DNA from: an uncultured Acidobacteriaceae bacterium
Lineage (GTDB): Bacteria > Acidobacteriota > Terriglobia > Bryobacterales > Bryobacteraceae
DNA: 64,000 nt
Assembly (NCBI GenBank): GCA_963795445.1
Contig: CAWCHX010000017.1
Location: forward strand, 281,743 to 345,742
Direction of reading: 5' to 3'
The notes under the pieces are model-generated. The model made no database searches. It was not told the DNA's origin and was given only the letters and a program-made list of their open reading frames with translations. Shown piece after piece: positions 9,413 through 19,529 of the stretch (positions are counted from its first letter, which is position 1; the number at the start of each line of letters is the position of its first letter). The position numbers and the translations under genes were made by a program.

Positions 9413-10064
9413 ATGTTACTTCAGAAATTGGCGCTCGTCTTTCTGTTGACGCTGTCATCGGCCGCCGCGGAAATGCCCCTGCCCCAATTGCGCGTCGAGC
9501 CAACCACCGGCGGTTCCATCTTTTATGTTCGGAATGTCTCGCCGCAGCCACTCACTGCGTTTCTGATCGAGTTAGTCAACTATCCCGGCAGCTCCTATTC
9601 GCTATGGCAGGATGAGGCCGCTTCCGAGCCCATCTCTCCGGGCGCCGAGAAGCGCATTCAGGTCGCAAACATGACTGTGGGCGCCGTGCCCGATTATGTG
9701 AAGATTCAAGCGGCTCTTTTCGCGGACGGAACATCGAGTGGGATCCCTGAGAAGGTGGCGCAGCTCATCGAGCGCCGCCGCTTCACGCTTCAAACTACCC
9801 GCGAGTTGATTCGCCGCCTCGAAAAAGCACACGCGGAAAACGCGCCGAAAGACGCTGTGATTGCCGATCTCAAACAATGGGCGGATTCGATGCAATCGCC
9901 AGGCAAAGGGAACCGGAAACTCCCAAGCAGCCATCAATCAAGCTGCGGGAAAGAGCCTTATCGGGGATACCATCACTCAGCTACAGGCGCACTCCGTGGA
10001 TGAAACGCTCGCGAGTTTGCGGGCCTCAGAACGCGCTTTGGCTACGAGCAAACCGGATTTATAA
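9413..10064 (+). CDS. hypothetical secreted protein, probable frame break near 9890-9925
   Basis: Signal-peptide-like N-terminus (MLLQKLALVFLLTLSSAAA). The called frame ends at 10003 with an unnatural tail (SSHQSSCGKEPYRGYHH). The adjacent frame reads AAINQAAGKSLIGDTITQLQAHSVDETLASLRASERALATSKPDL* and ends at 10064. Confidence 0.45.
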
Positions 10065-10920
10065 TCAGGCCGTTTTCCATTTGGATTGCAACCACAGCTC
10101 GAAAGTCGTCAGGTGTATATTCTCCTGGCGAAGAGCGGAGATGTCGATCTGGTATCCCACGTCCTGAAACCACTTCCACATCGACAGTCATTTCATGGCC
10201 CATCTGCTTCTCAAATTGATCCCAGGGAACCTGCTGGTATTGCACTTCGCGGCCGGAAGCGCGACTGAACGCTTGCGCCACTTCCGACATCGAAAGATCG
10301 TCGCTGGCGATATCGACCGCGCGTCCTTGCCAATGTCCCGAGTGCTCAAAAGCCAAGGCGACAAACTCGCCGATATTGTCGACTGCGATCATCTGAAAAC
10401 GCGTGTCCGGATTCAGCGGAAGCGCCAGCGTCCCTTTATCGATGTTTTCTCTCATGCCCAGCCAGTTCTCCATGAAGAAGACCGGACGCAGGATGGTATA
10501 GCGAAGACCCGTGCCGCGAATGTGCTCTTCGATTTTGAATTTGCTGTCGAAGTGCGGTATGCCGGTGTTCTTGTCGGCGCTGCCGACGGAGCTGTAAACA
10601 AAGTGGCTGATCTCGGACCGGTTCGCGGCGTCCGCCAGATTGATGCCTTGACGAATCTCCGATTCCGCGCCGTCCTGCCAGTTCTGAACGGAGTAGACGC
10701 CGTAAACTCCGTCCAGCGCGCGCGTGATCGAGGGAACGTCCAGCAGGTCGCCACGCACGATTTCCGTCGCATGCGCCGCCAACGCCCTGGCCTTGGGCTT
10801 ATCGGGATCGCGGGTTACCGCGCGAACGGGAAACCCTTTCTGACGCAGATGCCGTAAAGCCGCCCCACCTTGGTGGCCGGTCGCTCCAGTGACCAGGATC
10901 GTTCTGTCTTTCTTCGCCAT
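10042..10920 (-). pseudogene. NmrA-family NAD(P)-binding protein, frameshifted near 10185
   Basis: Starts MAKKDRTILVTGATGHQGGA (Rossmann GxxGxxG). After ...QMGHEMTV the canonical C-terminus MWKWFQDVGYQIDISALRQENIHLTTFELWL...* continues in another frame and stops at 10065-10067. The 626-aa ORF in the track is an artefactual upstream extension. Confidence 0.8.
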
Positions 10921-11046
10921 GTTCAAGCCCTCATGCCGATTGAATAGCTCTCGTCGACATTCGGTATCGCCCGACGCGTCCTGATACTTTGAAGAGATGT
11001 TGACGACAGAGACCAAGCGCATCGCCCCTCCAAAACGGCTCGCTGT

Positions 11047-12117
11047 ATGGGCCCGGGGCCTTCGATGGTGGACCCACGAGCCTATGAGGCGATGAGCCAG
11101 CCAGTGCTGGGCATTCGCGATCCTTATTTTCTTGAGATTACGAACGAGATCAGATCGGGATTGCGCGAAGTCTTCGGCACGAAGAATCAGATGACCTTTC
11201 CCGTTCCGGCGGGCGGCAGCGGCGCGATGGAAGCTGCGATTGCGAATTTCGTCTGGCCCGGTTCGAAGTTCGCGATCTTTGCGGCAGGGCACTTTGCGAA
11301 TCGCATGACCGAAATGGGCCAGCGGCAGCGCGCGAATGTCGTTCGCATCGAGAAGCCGTGGGGCGAGGTTTTCACTGCCGCAGAGGCAGAGGAGTTCATC
11401 GAGCGCGAACGCCCGAACGTGGTTGGATTTGTGCAAGCTGAGACTTCGACCGGCGCTTATCAATCGGGACGAGCGATTGCGCCAGCCGCGCGAAAGGCGG
11501 GCGCGCTGGTGATTGCGGATTGCGTAACTTCGCTCGGCGCGATGCCGGTTGAACTCGACGCAGTGGGCATTGACGTAGCGTTCAGTTGCTCTCAAAAGGG
11601 CTTGAGCTGTCCTGCCGGTTTGTCGCCAATCTCTGTTTCGCCCAGAGCTTGGGAATGGCTGGACAAGCGCGGCGAGGAACCGTTCACCTGGTATCTGGAC
11701 CTGCGTTTGATGGGAAAGTATTTCGAGCCTCCGCACGTGTATCAACACACGCCCTCGCCGCCGTTGTACTACGCCATGCATCAGGGGCTGGCGGTGATCG
11801 AAGAGGAAGGATTGCGGAATCGCTGGGACCGCCATTTGCGCGCGAGCCAGCGTTTGATTGCGGGTCTGACGCGGCTTGGATTTGAGCCGCTGGTGAAGAA
11901 CCCGGAGGATCGCATCTGGCACTTAACCACCGCTATTCCGCCGGCTGGCGTGGATGAAGCGCAGCTTCGCCAAAGGCTGCTCGACAAGTACGGCATCGAA
12001 ATCGCATCCGGATTGGGGCAGCTTGCGGGCAAGGTGCTTCGCATCGGAACTATGGGGCCGCTGGCAACAGAAGAGAATGTCGATTTCTTGCTCGAAGCCA
12101 TCGCGGCTTGCATGTAA
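11047..12117 (+). CDS. class V aminotransferase (alanine--glyoxylate / serine--pyruvate aminotransferase-like)
   Basis: 356-aa ORF beginning MGPGPS. The PLP lysine context is FSCSQKGL, and TMG occurs near the C-terminus. An upstream ATG at 10997 (MLTTETKRIAPPKRLAV) is one base out of frame with MGPGPS, so a 5' indel is possible. Confidence 0.85.
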   Translation: MGPGPSMVDPRAYEAMSQPVLGIRDPYFLEITNEIRSGLREVFGTKNQMTFPVPAGGSGAMEAAIANFVWPGSKFAIFAAGHFANRMTEMGQRQRANVVRIEKPWGEVFTAAEAEEFIERERPNVVGFVQAETSTGAYQSGRAIAPAARKAGALVIADCVTSLGAMPVELDAVGIDVAFSCSQKGLSCPAGLSPISVSPRAWEWLDKRGEEPFTWYLDLRLMGKYFEPPHVYQHTPSPPLYYAMHQGLAVIEEEGLRNRWDRHLRASQRLIAGLTRLGFEPLVKNPEDRIWHLTTAIPPAGVDEAQLRQRLLDKYGIEIASGLGQLAGKVLRIGTMGPLATEENVDFLLEAIAACM

Positions 12118-12126
12118 GTGAGACGC

Positions 12127-12705
12127 ATGTCGTCGGACTTCGTCATTCAGCTGGGCCTCTGTCAACTTCAGTTGCTGAAGGGCGACATCACTCGAATCGC
12201 GGTGGACGCCATCGTGAATGCGGCCAATTCGGAGTTGGCGGGCGGCGGGGGCGTGGACGGAGCGATTCATCGCGCAGGCGGGCCGGAAATCATGCGCGAG
12301 CTGGATGAGATTCGGGCGCGCATCGGGCGATGTGAAACCGGAAGCGCGGTCGCGACGGCGCGGGCCGGCTACCGGCGAAGTACGTGTTTCATGCCGTTGG
12401 GCCGAGATACCGGGATGGTAAGCACGAGGAGGCGGAGCTTGCTCAAATCCTGCTACAGCACTTGCCTGAAACTCGCGGCCGAACACGACGTCGAGAGCAT
12501 CAGTTTTCCATCCATCAGCACCGGCATTTATGGATATCCGCTCGAGGAAGCGGCGGACATCGCGGTGAGGACGGTGGCAGAATGGCTGCACGACCATACC
12601 GGACCGGTGCGCGTTGTGAAGCTGGTGCAGTTTAGCGAAGCGGATCATGAGGTTTATCGAAAACACGCGCTGCGCCTGCGGGGAGGCTTGGCGGCGGGAA
12701 GCTAA
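12127..12705 (+). pseudogene. macro-domain protein (O-acetyl-ADP-ribose deacetylase, E. coli YmdB-like) with two compensating frame shifts
   Basis: N-terminal GDITRIAVDAIVNAANSELAGGGGVDGAIHRAGG and C-terminal SISFPSISTGIYGYP are in one frame. The conserved LPAKYVFHAVGPRYRDGKHEEAEL segment between about 12369 and 12440 is in another frame. Confidence 0.8.
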
Positions 12706-12738
12706 GCCTCCCTCATCACCGCTAGAATATAAAGGCCG

Positions 12739-13242
12739 ATGCAAGTTCTCGAGGCTGGACCGAATAAATACGTATTGCTGGAGCTCGACCCCGAGTTTAT
12801 CGGCAACATCGCGCGTCAGGCCGGTTTTGAGTTTAAGATCGACGACCAGCAGCGAGTGTTGTCGCTCGATGTTTCGGCGACGGACCGGCAGGCGCCTCTG
12901 CTTTTGTTCGATGCCGCGGATCCAGGGAACCTCGGCTGGTTCTCGCGTTGTCAATTTTATGTGGACGGAAAATCGGGAAGCGTTCTGCAGACACCCATGT
13001 GGTTAGCGAATCAGCGGGACAAGAGCGGACGCGCTCTGCCGCATGCGGTGCGTTTGCAGATCGCGAAAGAGTTGCCGGGAACGTTTCGCATGCCAGGCCG
13101 CCAACCTGTCACCGAACAGGTGGTGTATGCGGTTCTGGTTAATTTGCTTAACGCTCTCTTGAATACTGGAGTCGGCGTTTGCGGAGGACCGGCGATTAAG
13201 CCGCTAGCGGGGCGAACCGAGAATATCGGGCCGAAGAATTAG
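12739..13242 (+). CDS. hypothetical protein
   Basis: 167-aa ORF with normal composition, convergent with the phosphohexomutase gene. No recognisable motif. Confidence 0.4.
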   Translation: MQVLEAGPNKYVLLELDPEFIGNIARQAGFEFKIDDQQRVLSLDVSATDRQAPLLLFDAADPGNLGWFSRCQFYVDGKSGSVLQTPMWLANQRDKSGRALPHAVRLQIAKELPGTFRMPGRQPVTEQVVYAVLVNLLNALLNTGVGVCGGPAIKPLAGRTENIGPKN

Positions 13243-13244
13243 CA

Positions 13245-14608
13245 TCACTCGGCTACTTCTTTCTTGGCCTGCTCCACGGCTGCTTCAATTTCTTGCTGAT
13301 ACTTCTGAAGCAGATCTTTCGATGCCGCTTCGAAGCGCATGACTAATACCGGTTGTGTGTTTGAGGCGCGAACCAGGCCCCAGCCTTGATCGAACGGTAC
13401 TCGCACTCCATCGATGTCGATGATCTGATGCGACGGCGGATGATCTCGGCCGCTTTTGCAATGACCTTAAACTTGAGGTCGTCCGGGCAATCGATTCGGA
13501 GCTCCGGCGTGGAGACCAGCTTTGGGATTCCTTCGAGTTGATGCGAGAGCGGCTGGCCGGATTTAGCGACGATCTCCAGCAGCCGGCAGGCGGCGTAGAT
13601 GGCGTCGTCGTAGCCGTAATAGCGATCGGCAAAAAACATATGGCCCGACATCTCGCCCGCCAATTCGGCGTGTTCCTGTTTCATTTTCGCTTTGATCAGC
13701 GAATGGCCGGTCTTGTACATGATGGGATTGCCGCCGAGTTCCTTCAGCTTGTCGTACATCACTCCGGAGCACTTTACTTCGCCGATAAAGGTTGAGCCCG
13801 GTTTGCGAGATAGAATCTCCCGGCCAAAAATCAGCAGCAGCATGTCGCCGTAGATCACGTTGCCGTTCTCGTCGATGGCGCCAATGCGATCTCCATCGCC
13901 ATCGAAGGCAATCCCCAAATCTGCTTTGTGCTTACGAACGGCGTCTTTCAAATGCTTCAGATTCGATAAAACGGTCGGATCCGGATGATGATTTGGAAAA
14001 TGGCCGTCCATTTCGAAAAACAGCTCTACCGCCTCGACGTTGAGCTTCTCGAGTACTCGGTGCACAATCGGCCCGGCAGTCCCGTTGCCCCGCATCCATC
14101 ACCACTTTGACGCTTACGTTCTAAATGAAATTGCGACGCGATTTCGTCAACGTAAGGCGTGACAGCATCGACATTCTTGACGGATCCTTCGCCGGATTCA
14201 AAATCGTTGCGCAAAATGAGCTTATGAACGTCTTGAATGGCTTCGCCGTAGAGTGAGCTCGTACCGCAAACTGTCTTAATGCCGTTGTACTCGGGAGGAT
14301 TATGGCTGCCGGTGATCATGACGCCACCGTCCGCTTTAAAATGAACCGTAGAGTAATAGAGCACCGGAGTTGGGACCGTGCCGATATCCAGCACATGCGC
14401 ACCGGCGCTAAGCAGTCCCGCGAGCAGAGCGTCGTGAATACGCGAGCCGCTAAGCCGGCAATCGCACCCGAGGCAAATGGTGCGGCCGCTGTAACGGATC
14501 AGGTACGTCGCTAGCGCGCGGCCCAGCGACTCGACATCCGGCGTCGAGCAGTTCCTCGTCGGCAATTCCGCGAATGTCGTACTCGCGGAAAATACTCGGT
14601 TTGAGCAT
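13245..14608 (-). pseudogene. phosphomannomutase/phosphoglucomutase (alpha-D-phosphohexomutase family), frame broken at >=4 points
   Basis: The pieces read in order as follows. First MLKPSIFREYDIRGIADEEL, then TPDVESLGRA...TGSHNPPEYNGIK (catalytic Ser loop), then VKVVMDAG, then GNGTAGPIV...FDGDGDR (Mg site)...GEMSGH, then HQIIDIDGVRVPFDQGWGLVRASNTQPVLVMRFEA...*. Breaks lie near 14545, 14115, 14092 (a GGGG run) and 13440. Confidence 0.85.
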
Positions 14609-14613
14609 CTTTA

Positions 14614-15751
14614 TCAGAATACGGCAAACATTTCCGAGTTACTCTCGAGAACCTCGCGCCGGACGACCAGGCTTTCGAGATAATCCTGGTCCAACTCGTA
14701 ACCGAATCCAGGCGCGTCGCTGACCTGGATAGCGCCGCGAGGCGTTACCTCAATGGGCGGATCGACTATATCGCGTTTCCAATAGCGCTTACTGGCTGAG
14801 ACATCGCCCGGCAAAACGAAATTCGGAAGAGTGGAGAGCGCGATATTGTGCGCCCGGCCAATTCCCGATTCCAGCATGCCTCCGCACCAGACCGGAATGC
14901 ATTTCCCTAGGCAGAGATCGTGCAGGAGTTTCGCCTCGGCGAAGCCACCCACGCGCCCCAGCTTAATATTGATGATTCGCGCGGCCTTCAAACGGATTGC
15001 CTGCTCGGCGTGATGAGCGGAACGAATGCACTCGTCGAGACAGATGGGCGTATCGAGCGATCCTTGCAGGACAGCGTGATCCAGGATGTCGTCATGGGCC
15101 AGCGGCTGCTCAATCATCATCAAATAAAATTGATCCAGTTTTTTTAGATGTTCGAGATCTTTCAGCGTGTACGCGGAATTCGCGTCCGCCATAAGCTTGA
15201 TGCCGGGAAAACGTTCACGCACGCGAGCGATAACATCGACATCCCAACCCGGTTTGATCTTCATCTTGATGCGCTGATAACCGGCAGCGAGTTCTGTCTG
15301 GATCTTTTCGAGAAGTTGCTCGACGGTGTCCTGGATGCCGATCGAGACACCGCAAGGAATCTCGCGCCGCGAGCCGCCGCCAATGGTCTTCCATAGGGGC
15401 TCATTGTTGATACGCGCCTGCAAATCCCAGATGGCGGTTTCCATGCCGCCTCTCGCCATGTTGTGTCCGCGTATGTGCGCGGTTCGGGCGCGCGACCTCC
15501 GCGGGCGAAGAAAATTCGTGGCCTAGTATCCGCGGCGCAACGTAGTTCAGCAACAGCGGCCACACGGAGCCGGTCCATTCCTCGTTGTAGAACGGATTCT
15601 CTCCGGCTGTGACTTCGCCCCAGCCCGACATGCCGTCTGCAAACGCTTCCACTAACACGATGTCGCGTTCATGCGTCCGGCTGAAGCTGGTCTCGAAAAA
15701 GTGGACCAGAGGCATACGTATATGCCGCAAAATGATTTGATCTATTTTCAT
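14614..15751 (-). pseudogene. enolase-superfamily enzyme, o-succinylbenzoate synthase / N-acylamino-acid racemase (MenC/NAAAR) subgroup, one frame break near 15474
   Basis: The N-terminal capping domain (MKIDQIILRHIRMPLVHFFETSF...) joins IRGHNMARGGMETAIWDL only after a 1-nt shift. The barrel has KMKIKPG, the metal ligands in MADANSAY, EQPL and LDECI, and the second catalytic Lys in INIKLGRVGG. The start forms an ATGA overlap with the upstream GNAT stop. Confidence 0.8.
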
Positions 15752-16492
15752 TCCCATCGGCCGAGTAAGTATGTTCCCGCGCGATCGCTTTTCTCGAAGC
15801 CAATCACCGCCAGGCCCGCCTGGAAGTGGCGGTCGAACTGCTCGCCGATAGACGCCTGCACTTCACGCGCCTGCTGCGGATCGCGTTGCCGCAAATCGGC
15901 GATGTCCGCGGGAACGGAGATGCTCGCCTGCTATCGAAGGACGTTCAAACGGTTGTTCGCTGGAGAATGCTTCTACGCGACAGGAACGGATCCACCATTC
16001 GGAGATGAGGCGATCCGTCGGGAGGCCGCCGTGAAGGTGACTGCTCGTAGTGCCGTATTGGTTGTGCACATAACGGCGGACGATGGCGCCGAGACGCTCG
16101 ATGTTAAAGAATGCGTTCTTGATCTCGAGGGGATCGAAGGTCCACTCGATCAGGTCCACGCCGCTCGCCAGCGCATACTCGCGCTGTTTCAGCTTCAACG
16201 CTCTGCCCAGGCCGGTATTTCTGTACTTCGGCAAAACGCCCAGCATATGGCTGTGTAGATAAGATTTGCCGCCCGGCTTCAGGCCGGGAATGCAGAGGCA
16301 AAATGCGATCATCCTGGAGCCATGAAATGCGCCGAGTACTTGACCTCCAATCTTGCTGGCGACGACGAATAAGCGAAGAGGCAACAGCTCAACGTCTTGA
16401 AAACCCCAGATCTCGCGCTGCAGGCGCACAGCGCCGGCAAACTCTTCCAGCTTTGTGAGTTGGTGGATTTCGGTTGTAGTCTCCTGCACCAT
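15748..16492 (-). pseudogene. GNAT-superfamily acetyltransferase (COG3375-like), frame break near 15935
   Basis: GNAT core HMLGVLPKYRNTGLGRALKLKQREYA. After ...WWIRS.RVEA the family-like C-terminus ISVPADIADLRQRDPQQAREVQASIGEQFDRHFQAGLAVIGFEKSDRAGTYLLGRWE* is in another frame and ends at 15748. The start was chosen at MVQETTTEI because the longer ORF would overlap the divergent S53 start codon. Confidence 0.7.
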
Positions 16493-16568
16493 GAACGGTT
16501 GGGTAATCGCCTCATTGTAAGGCAGCGATACACTGGTCGCTGCCAAGTCAGAACGAGGAATATCAATC

Positions 16569-18620
16569 ATGGCTTTTGAAAACAGAACCACCGTGCCTGG
16601 AAGCGACAGGCACCCACGCGCAGGCTCGGAACCGGTTGGAAGCATTCAACCGGACGATACAGTGCGCGTCACGGTAGTTTTGCGACGGAAGGGCGCCGCC
16701 CCTGCCATCGCAACTGGAGCCGACATCCAGGCCCATTTGACGCACGCAGAGTTTACGCAACGACATGGCGCGAACCCTGACGATATCGCGCTGGTGGAGA
16801 AATTCGCTCACGAATATCAGTTAACCGTGATCGAGAGCAGCGCGCAGAAGCGCCGGGTGGTGCTGACCGGAAGCGCCGGCGCGATGACGAAAGCCTTCGG
16901 CGCGGACCTGGTCTGCTACCGGGTTGCGGGTACCGGGCATACTTTCCGCGGACGCACGGGCGCGCTGACCGTTCCAACAGAGCTTGATGGCGTGGTGGTG
17001 GCCGTTTTGGGTTTGGATACGCGCCCGATCGCGAAGCCGCATTTCAGGAAAAAGAAACAGACCACGTCTACGACATATACTCCGCCGCAAGTGGCGGCAC
17101 TGTACAGTTACCCGTCTGGCGTAACTGGTGAAGGACAAACCGTCGGCATCATCGAACTCGGCGGAGGCTACAGCACAACGGACTTGCAAACCTATTTCAA
17201 GGGCCTAGGAATCCCGGAGCCGACTGTTACGGCGGTTTCCGTGGACGGCGGCCAGAACTCGCCTGGATCAGACGCCGACGGCGAAGTCATGCTGGATATC
17301 GAGGTAGTAGGAGCGATCGCCACTGGAGCGAACCTGGCGGTCTACTTTGCGCCCAATACGGATCAAGGATTTGTCGACGCCATTACCGACGCGGTGCATG
17401 ACACCACGCGCAAACCTTCGGTGGTCTCGATCAGTTGGGGCGGCCCGGAAGATAGCTGGACGCAACAAGCATACACAGCTATGAACGCCGCTCTGCAGGA
17501 TGCGGCCAGCCTGGGGGTCACGGTCACTGTCGCGGCGGGAGATGACGGCTCGACTGACGGAGCGGGCGACGGCAAGCTGCATGTCGACTTCCCTGCTTCC
17601 AGCCCCTATGCGCTCGCTTGTGGAGGCACGAAGCTGGCAAGCTCCGGAACCAAGATCTCTTCCGAAGTTGTGTGGGACGAAGTTGCCAGCAACGAAGGCG
17701 CCACTGGCGGCGGCGTGAGCAATATTTTCGCTCTGCCGGCTTACCAAGCATCCGCTGGCGTTCCGAAGCAGCCGGAAACGAAGTTTGTGGGGCGCGGCGT
17801 CCCTGACGTTTCGGGAGATGCGGATCCAAGCACGGGCTACAAGGTGTTGGTGGACGGACAAAATCAAGTGATCGGCGGAACCAGCGCCGTGGCGCCCTTA
17901 TGGGCCGCTCTGATTGCGCTGATGAACGAACAGCTGGGAACAAATGTGGGATTTCTGAATCCGAAGCTCTATCCGTTAGGCGAGTCGGTTTTTCACGACA
18001 TCACAAGCGGCAACAACGACGACAGCAAACTGGGTTATTACAGCGCCAAAGCCGGATGGGACCCCTGCACCGGGCTTGGCAGCCCCAATGGAGCCGCATT
18101 GTTGAAGACCCTATCCGCTGGTTCAACCAGCGCTCAACGTTCCAAGCTACCTGGCAGTAAACCGAAGCATGGAATGTTCGACAAGTTTAGCGACATTCCG
18201 AATCCCGATCAGGAAGTAGTCACCGTAACGCTGGTTCTTCGGCGCGCCGGCGGTCAAGACCCCGACGCCGGTGAGGAGCTACTTTCCGGGAAGCTGGCTT
18301 CGGGCTCCAGGGACAATCCGGCGGCGATTACTAACGCCGATCCAAACGATATGGCCGCCGTGTCCGCCTTCGTTCTACATTACGGTCTTACGGTAGTGGA
18401 AGAGGACATCGTCGGGCGCAATTTACGCGTTGAAGGGAACGTAACGCAAATGGACGAGGCGTTCGGCATCAAACTTTGCATGGTTGACGATTCGAACAAC
18501 GACCCGTACATGACCTACAAGGGATCCATCTCGATTCCGCAGTCGCTCTCTGGCATTGTTACGGCGGTGTTAGGCCTGGACCAGCGATCCGTCGCGAAAC
18601 ATCACGCCTCAGGCACTTAA
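16569..18620 (+). CDS. S53 (sedolisin/kumamolisin-type) serine-carboxyl peptidase with N-terminal activation domain and an extra C-terminal prodomain-like module
   Basis: 683-aa intact ORF. It has a pro-kumamolisin-type N-domain. The catalytic Glu/Asp lie in DGEVMLDIEV, the oxyanion Asp region in AAGDDGS, and the Ser in GGTSAVAPLWAAL. The last roughly 145 aa repeat the pattern of the N-terminal prodomain. Confidence 0.85.
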   Translation: MAFENRTTVPGSDRHPRAGSEPVGSIQPDDTVRVTVVLRRKGAAPAIATGADIQAHLTHAEFTQRHGANPDDIALVEKFAHEYQLTVIESSAQKRRVVLTGSAGAMTKAFGADLVCYRVAGTGHTFRGRTGALTVPTELDGVVVAVLGLDTRPIAKPHFRKKKQTTSTTYTPPQVAALYSYPSGVTGEGQTVGIIELGGGYSTTDLQTYFKGLGIPEPTVTAVSVDGGQNSPGSDADGEVMLDIEVVGAIATGANLAVYFAPNTDQGFVDAITDAVHDTTRKPSVVSISWGGPEDSWTQQAYTAMNAALQDAASLGVTVTVAAGDDGSTDGAGDGKLHVDFPASSPYALACGGTKLASSGTKISSEVVWDEVASNEGATGGGVSNIFALPAYQASAGVPKQPETKFVGRGVPDVSGDADPSTGYKVLVDGQNQVIGGTSAVAPLWAALIALMNEQLGTNVGFLNPKLYPLGESVFHDITSGNNDDSKLGYYSAKAGWDPCTGLGSPNGAALLKTLSAGSTSAQRSKLPGSKPKHGMFDKFSDIPNPDQEVVTVTLVLRRAGGQDPDAGEELLSGKLASGSRDNPAAITNADPNDMAAVSAFVLHYGLTVVEEDIVGRNLRVEGNVTQMDEAFGIKLCMVDDSNNDPYMTYKGSISIPQSLSGIVTAVLGLDQRSVAKHHASGT

Positions 18621-19520
18621 TACAACGGCTGCTCGCCGGAGGGCCGGGTCTTCCAGCGGCGATGGATCCACATCCACTGGTCGGGATATTCGCGAATGAT
18701 CCGTTCAAACACGGAGTGGATGCGCTGGGTGTCTGCTTGGACATCGCCGCTCATTTCAACTCGCGGGTAAAATCGCAGGATGTAACGTTGGGCGCTTTCG
18801 TTCCATAGAGCGAATCCCGGGACAACAGGGGCGGCGGAACGGTGGGCTAACTTTACGAATGCGGACCCCGCGCACGCTAACTTTCCAAAGAAATTGATAA
18901 ACACGCCTTCTGAAATCGTGGTGTTTTGATCGATGAGAATGCCCACCGCTTCGTTGTTCTTCAACGCTTTGACTACGCCCGCGCGCGGCATCTCTTTTGT
19001 AGATCAAGCGGTTGCCGGAAAGCGTGCGGCGCTTTTTTACCAGACGGTCAATCAGCGGATTATCCAGCGGACGAACCATCACGTGCATGGGTTCGGTCAT
19101 CAACGCATGGGCGAACGCGCTAAGTTCCCAATTTCCCAAATGCGCCGTCGCCACCAATACGCCCAGGCCAAGGCGCTTCGCGTCAAGATAGTTATCCAGA
19201 CCTTCGTAACTTATCCATTCCGAGATATTCGACCGGTCGAGCGACGGGAAGCGCGCTAAAGCGACTAGCATTCGCGCAATGGTCCGCAACAGACCATCGA
19301 CAATCTGGTTGTGCTGGCGCGTATCGAGTTCCGGAAAGGCGAAGGAGAGATTCTTCAGGGCGATGCGGCGAGGCTTTGGCGCCAGGCGATCGAGGAAACG
19401 AGTGGTTATCCGGGCGAATCGGTTAGCGGCACTGAGGGGAAGAACACGAAGAGCTGCGACGAGGGTTGCCGCAACCGCATACTCCGCGCGAACCTGAAGC
19501 CAACTTTTCTTTTCGGCCAA
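18617..19520 (-). pseudogene. lysophospholipid / lipid A biosynthesis acyltransferase (LpxL/HtrB family), frame break near 18990
   Basis: HLGNWE acyltransferase motif in the N-terminal piece. ...SGNRLIYKRD continues as MPRAGVVKALKNNEAVGILIDQN...YPDQWMWIHRRWK in the other frame. Confidence 0.8.
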
Positions 19521-19529
19521 TTCCGCAGT

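Noticed and set aside
10042-11922. 626-aa minus-strand ORF, the longest call in this part of the track
   Set aside because: Only the last 293 codons (from the ATG at 10920, MAKKDRTILVTGATG...) are a real NmrA-family protein. The upstream 333 codons are Arg/His-rich antisense read-through of the class V aminotransferase gene, which is convincingly coding on the plus strand.
16568-16645. Longer N-terminus for the GNAT gene (ORF-track start 16645, or MIDIPRS at 16570)
   Set aside because: The ATG at 16568-16570 on the minus strand overlaps the ATG at 16569-16571 of the divergent S53 gene, leaving no promoter space. The conserved GNAT-family region begins after MVQETTTEI (16492), so the shorter start was preferred.
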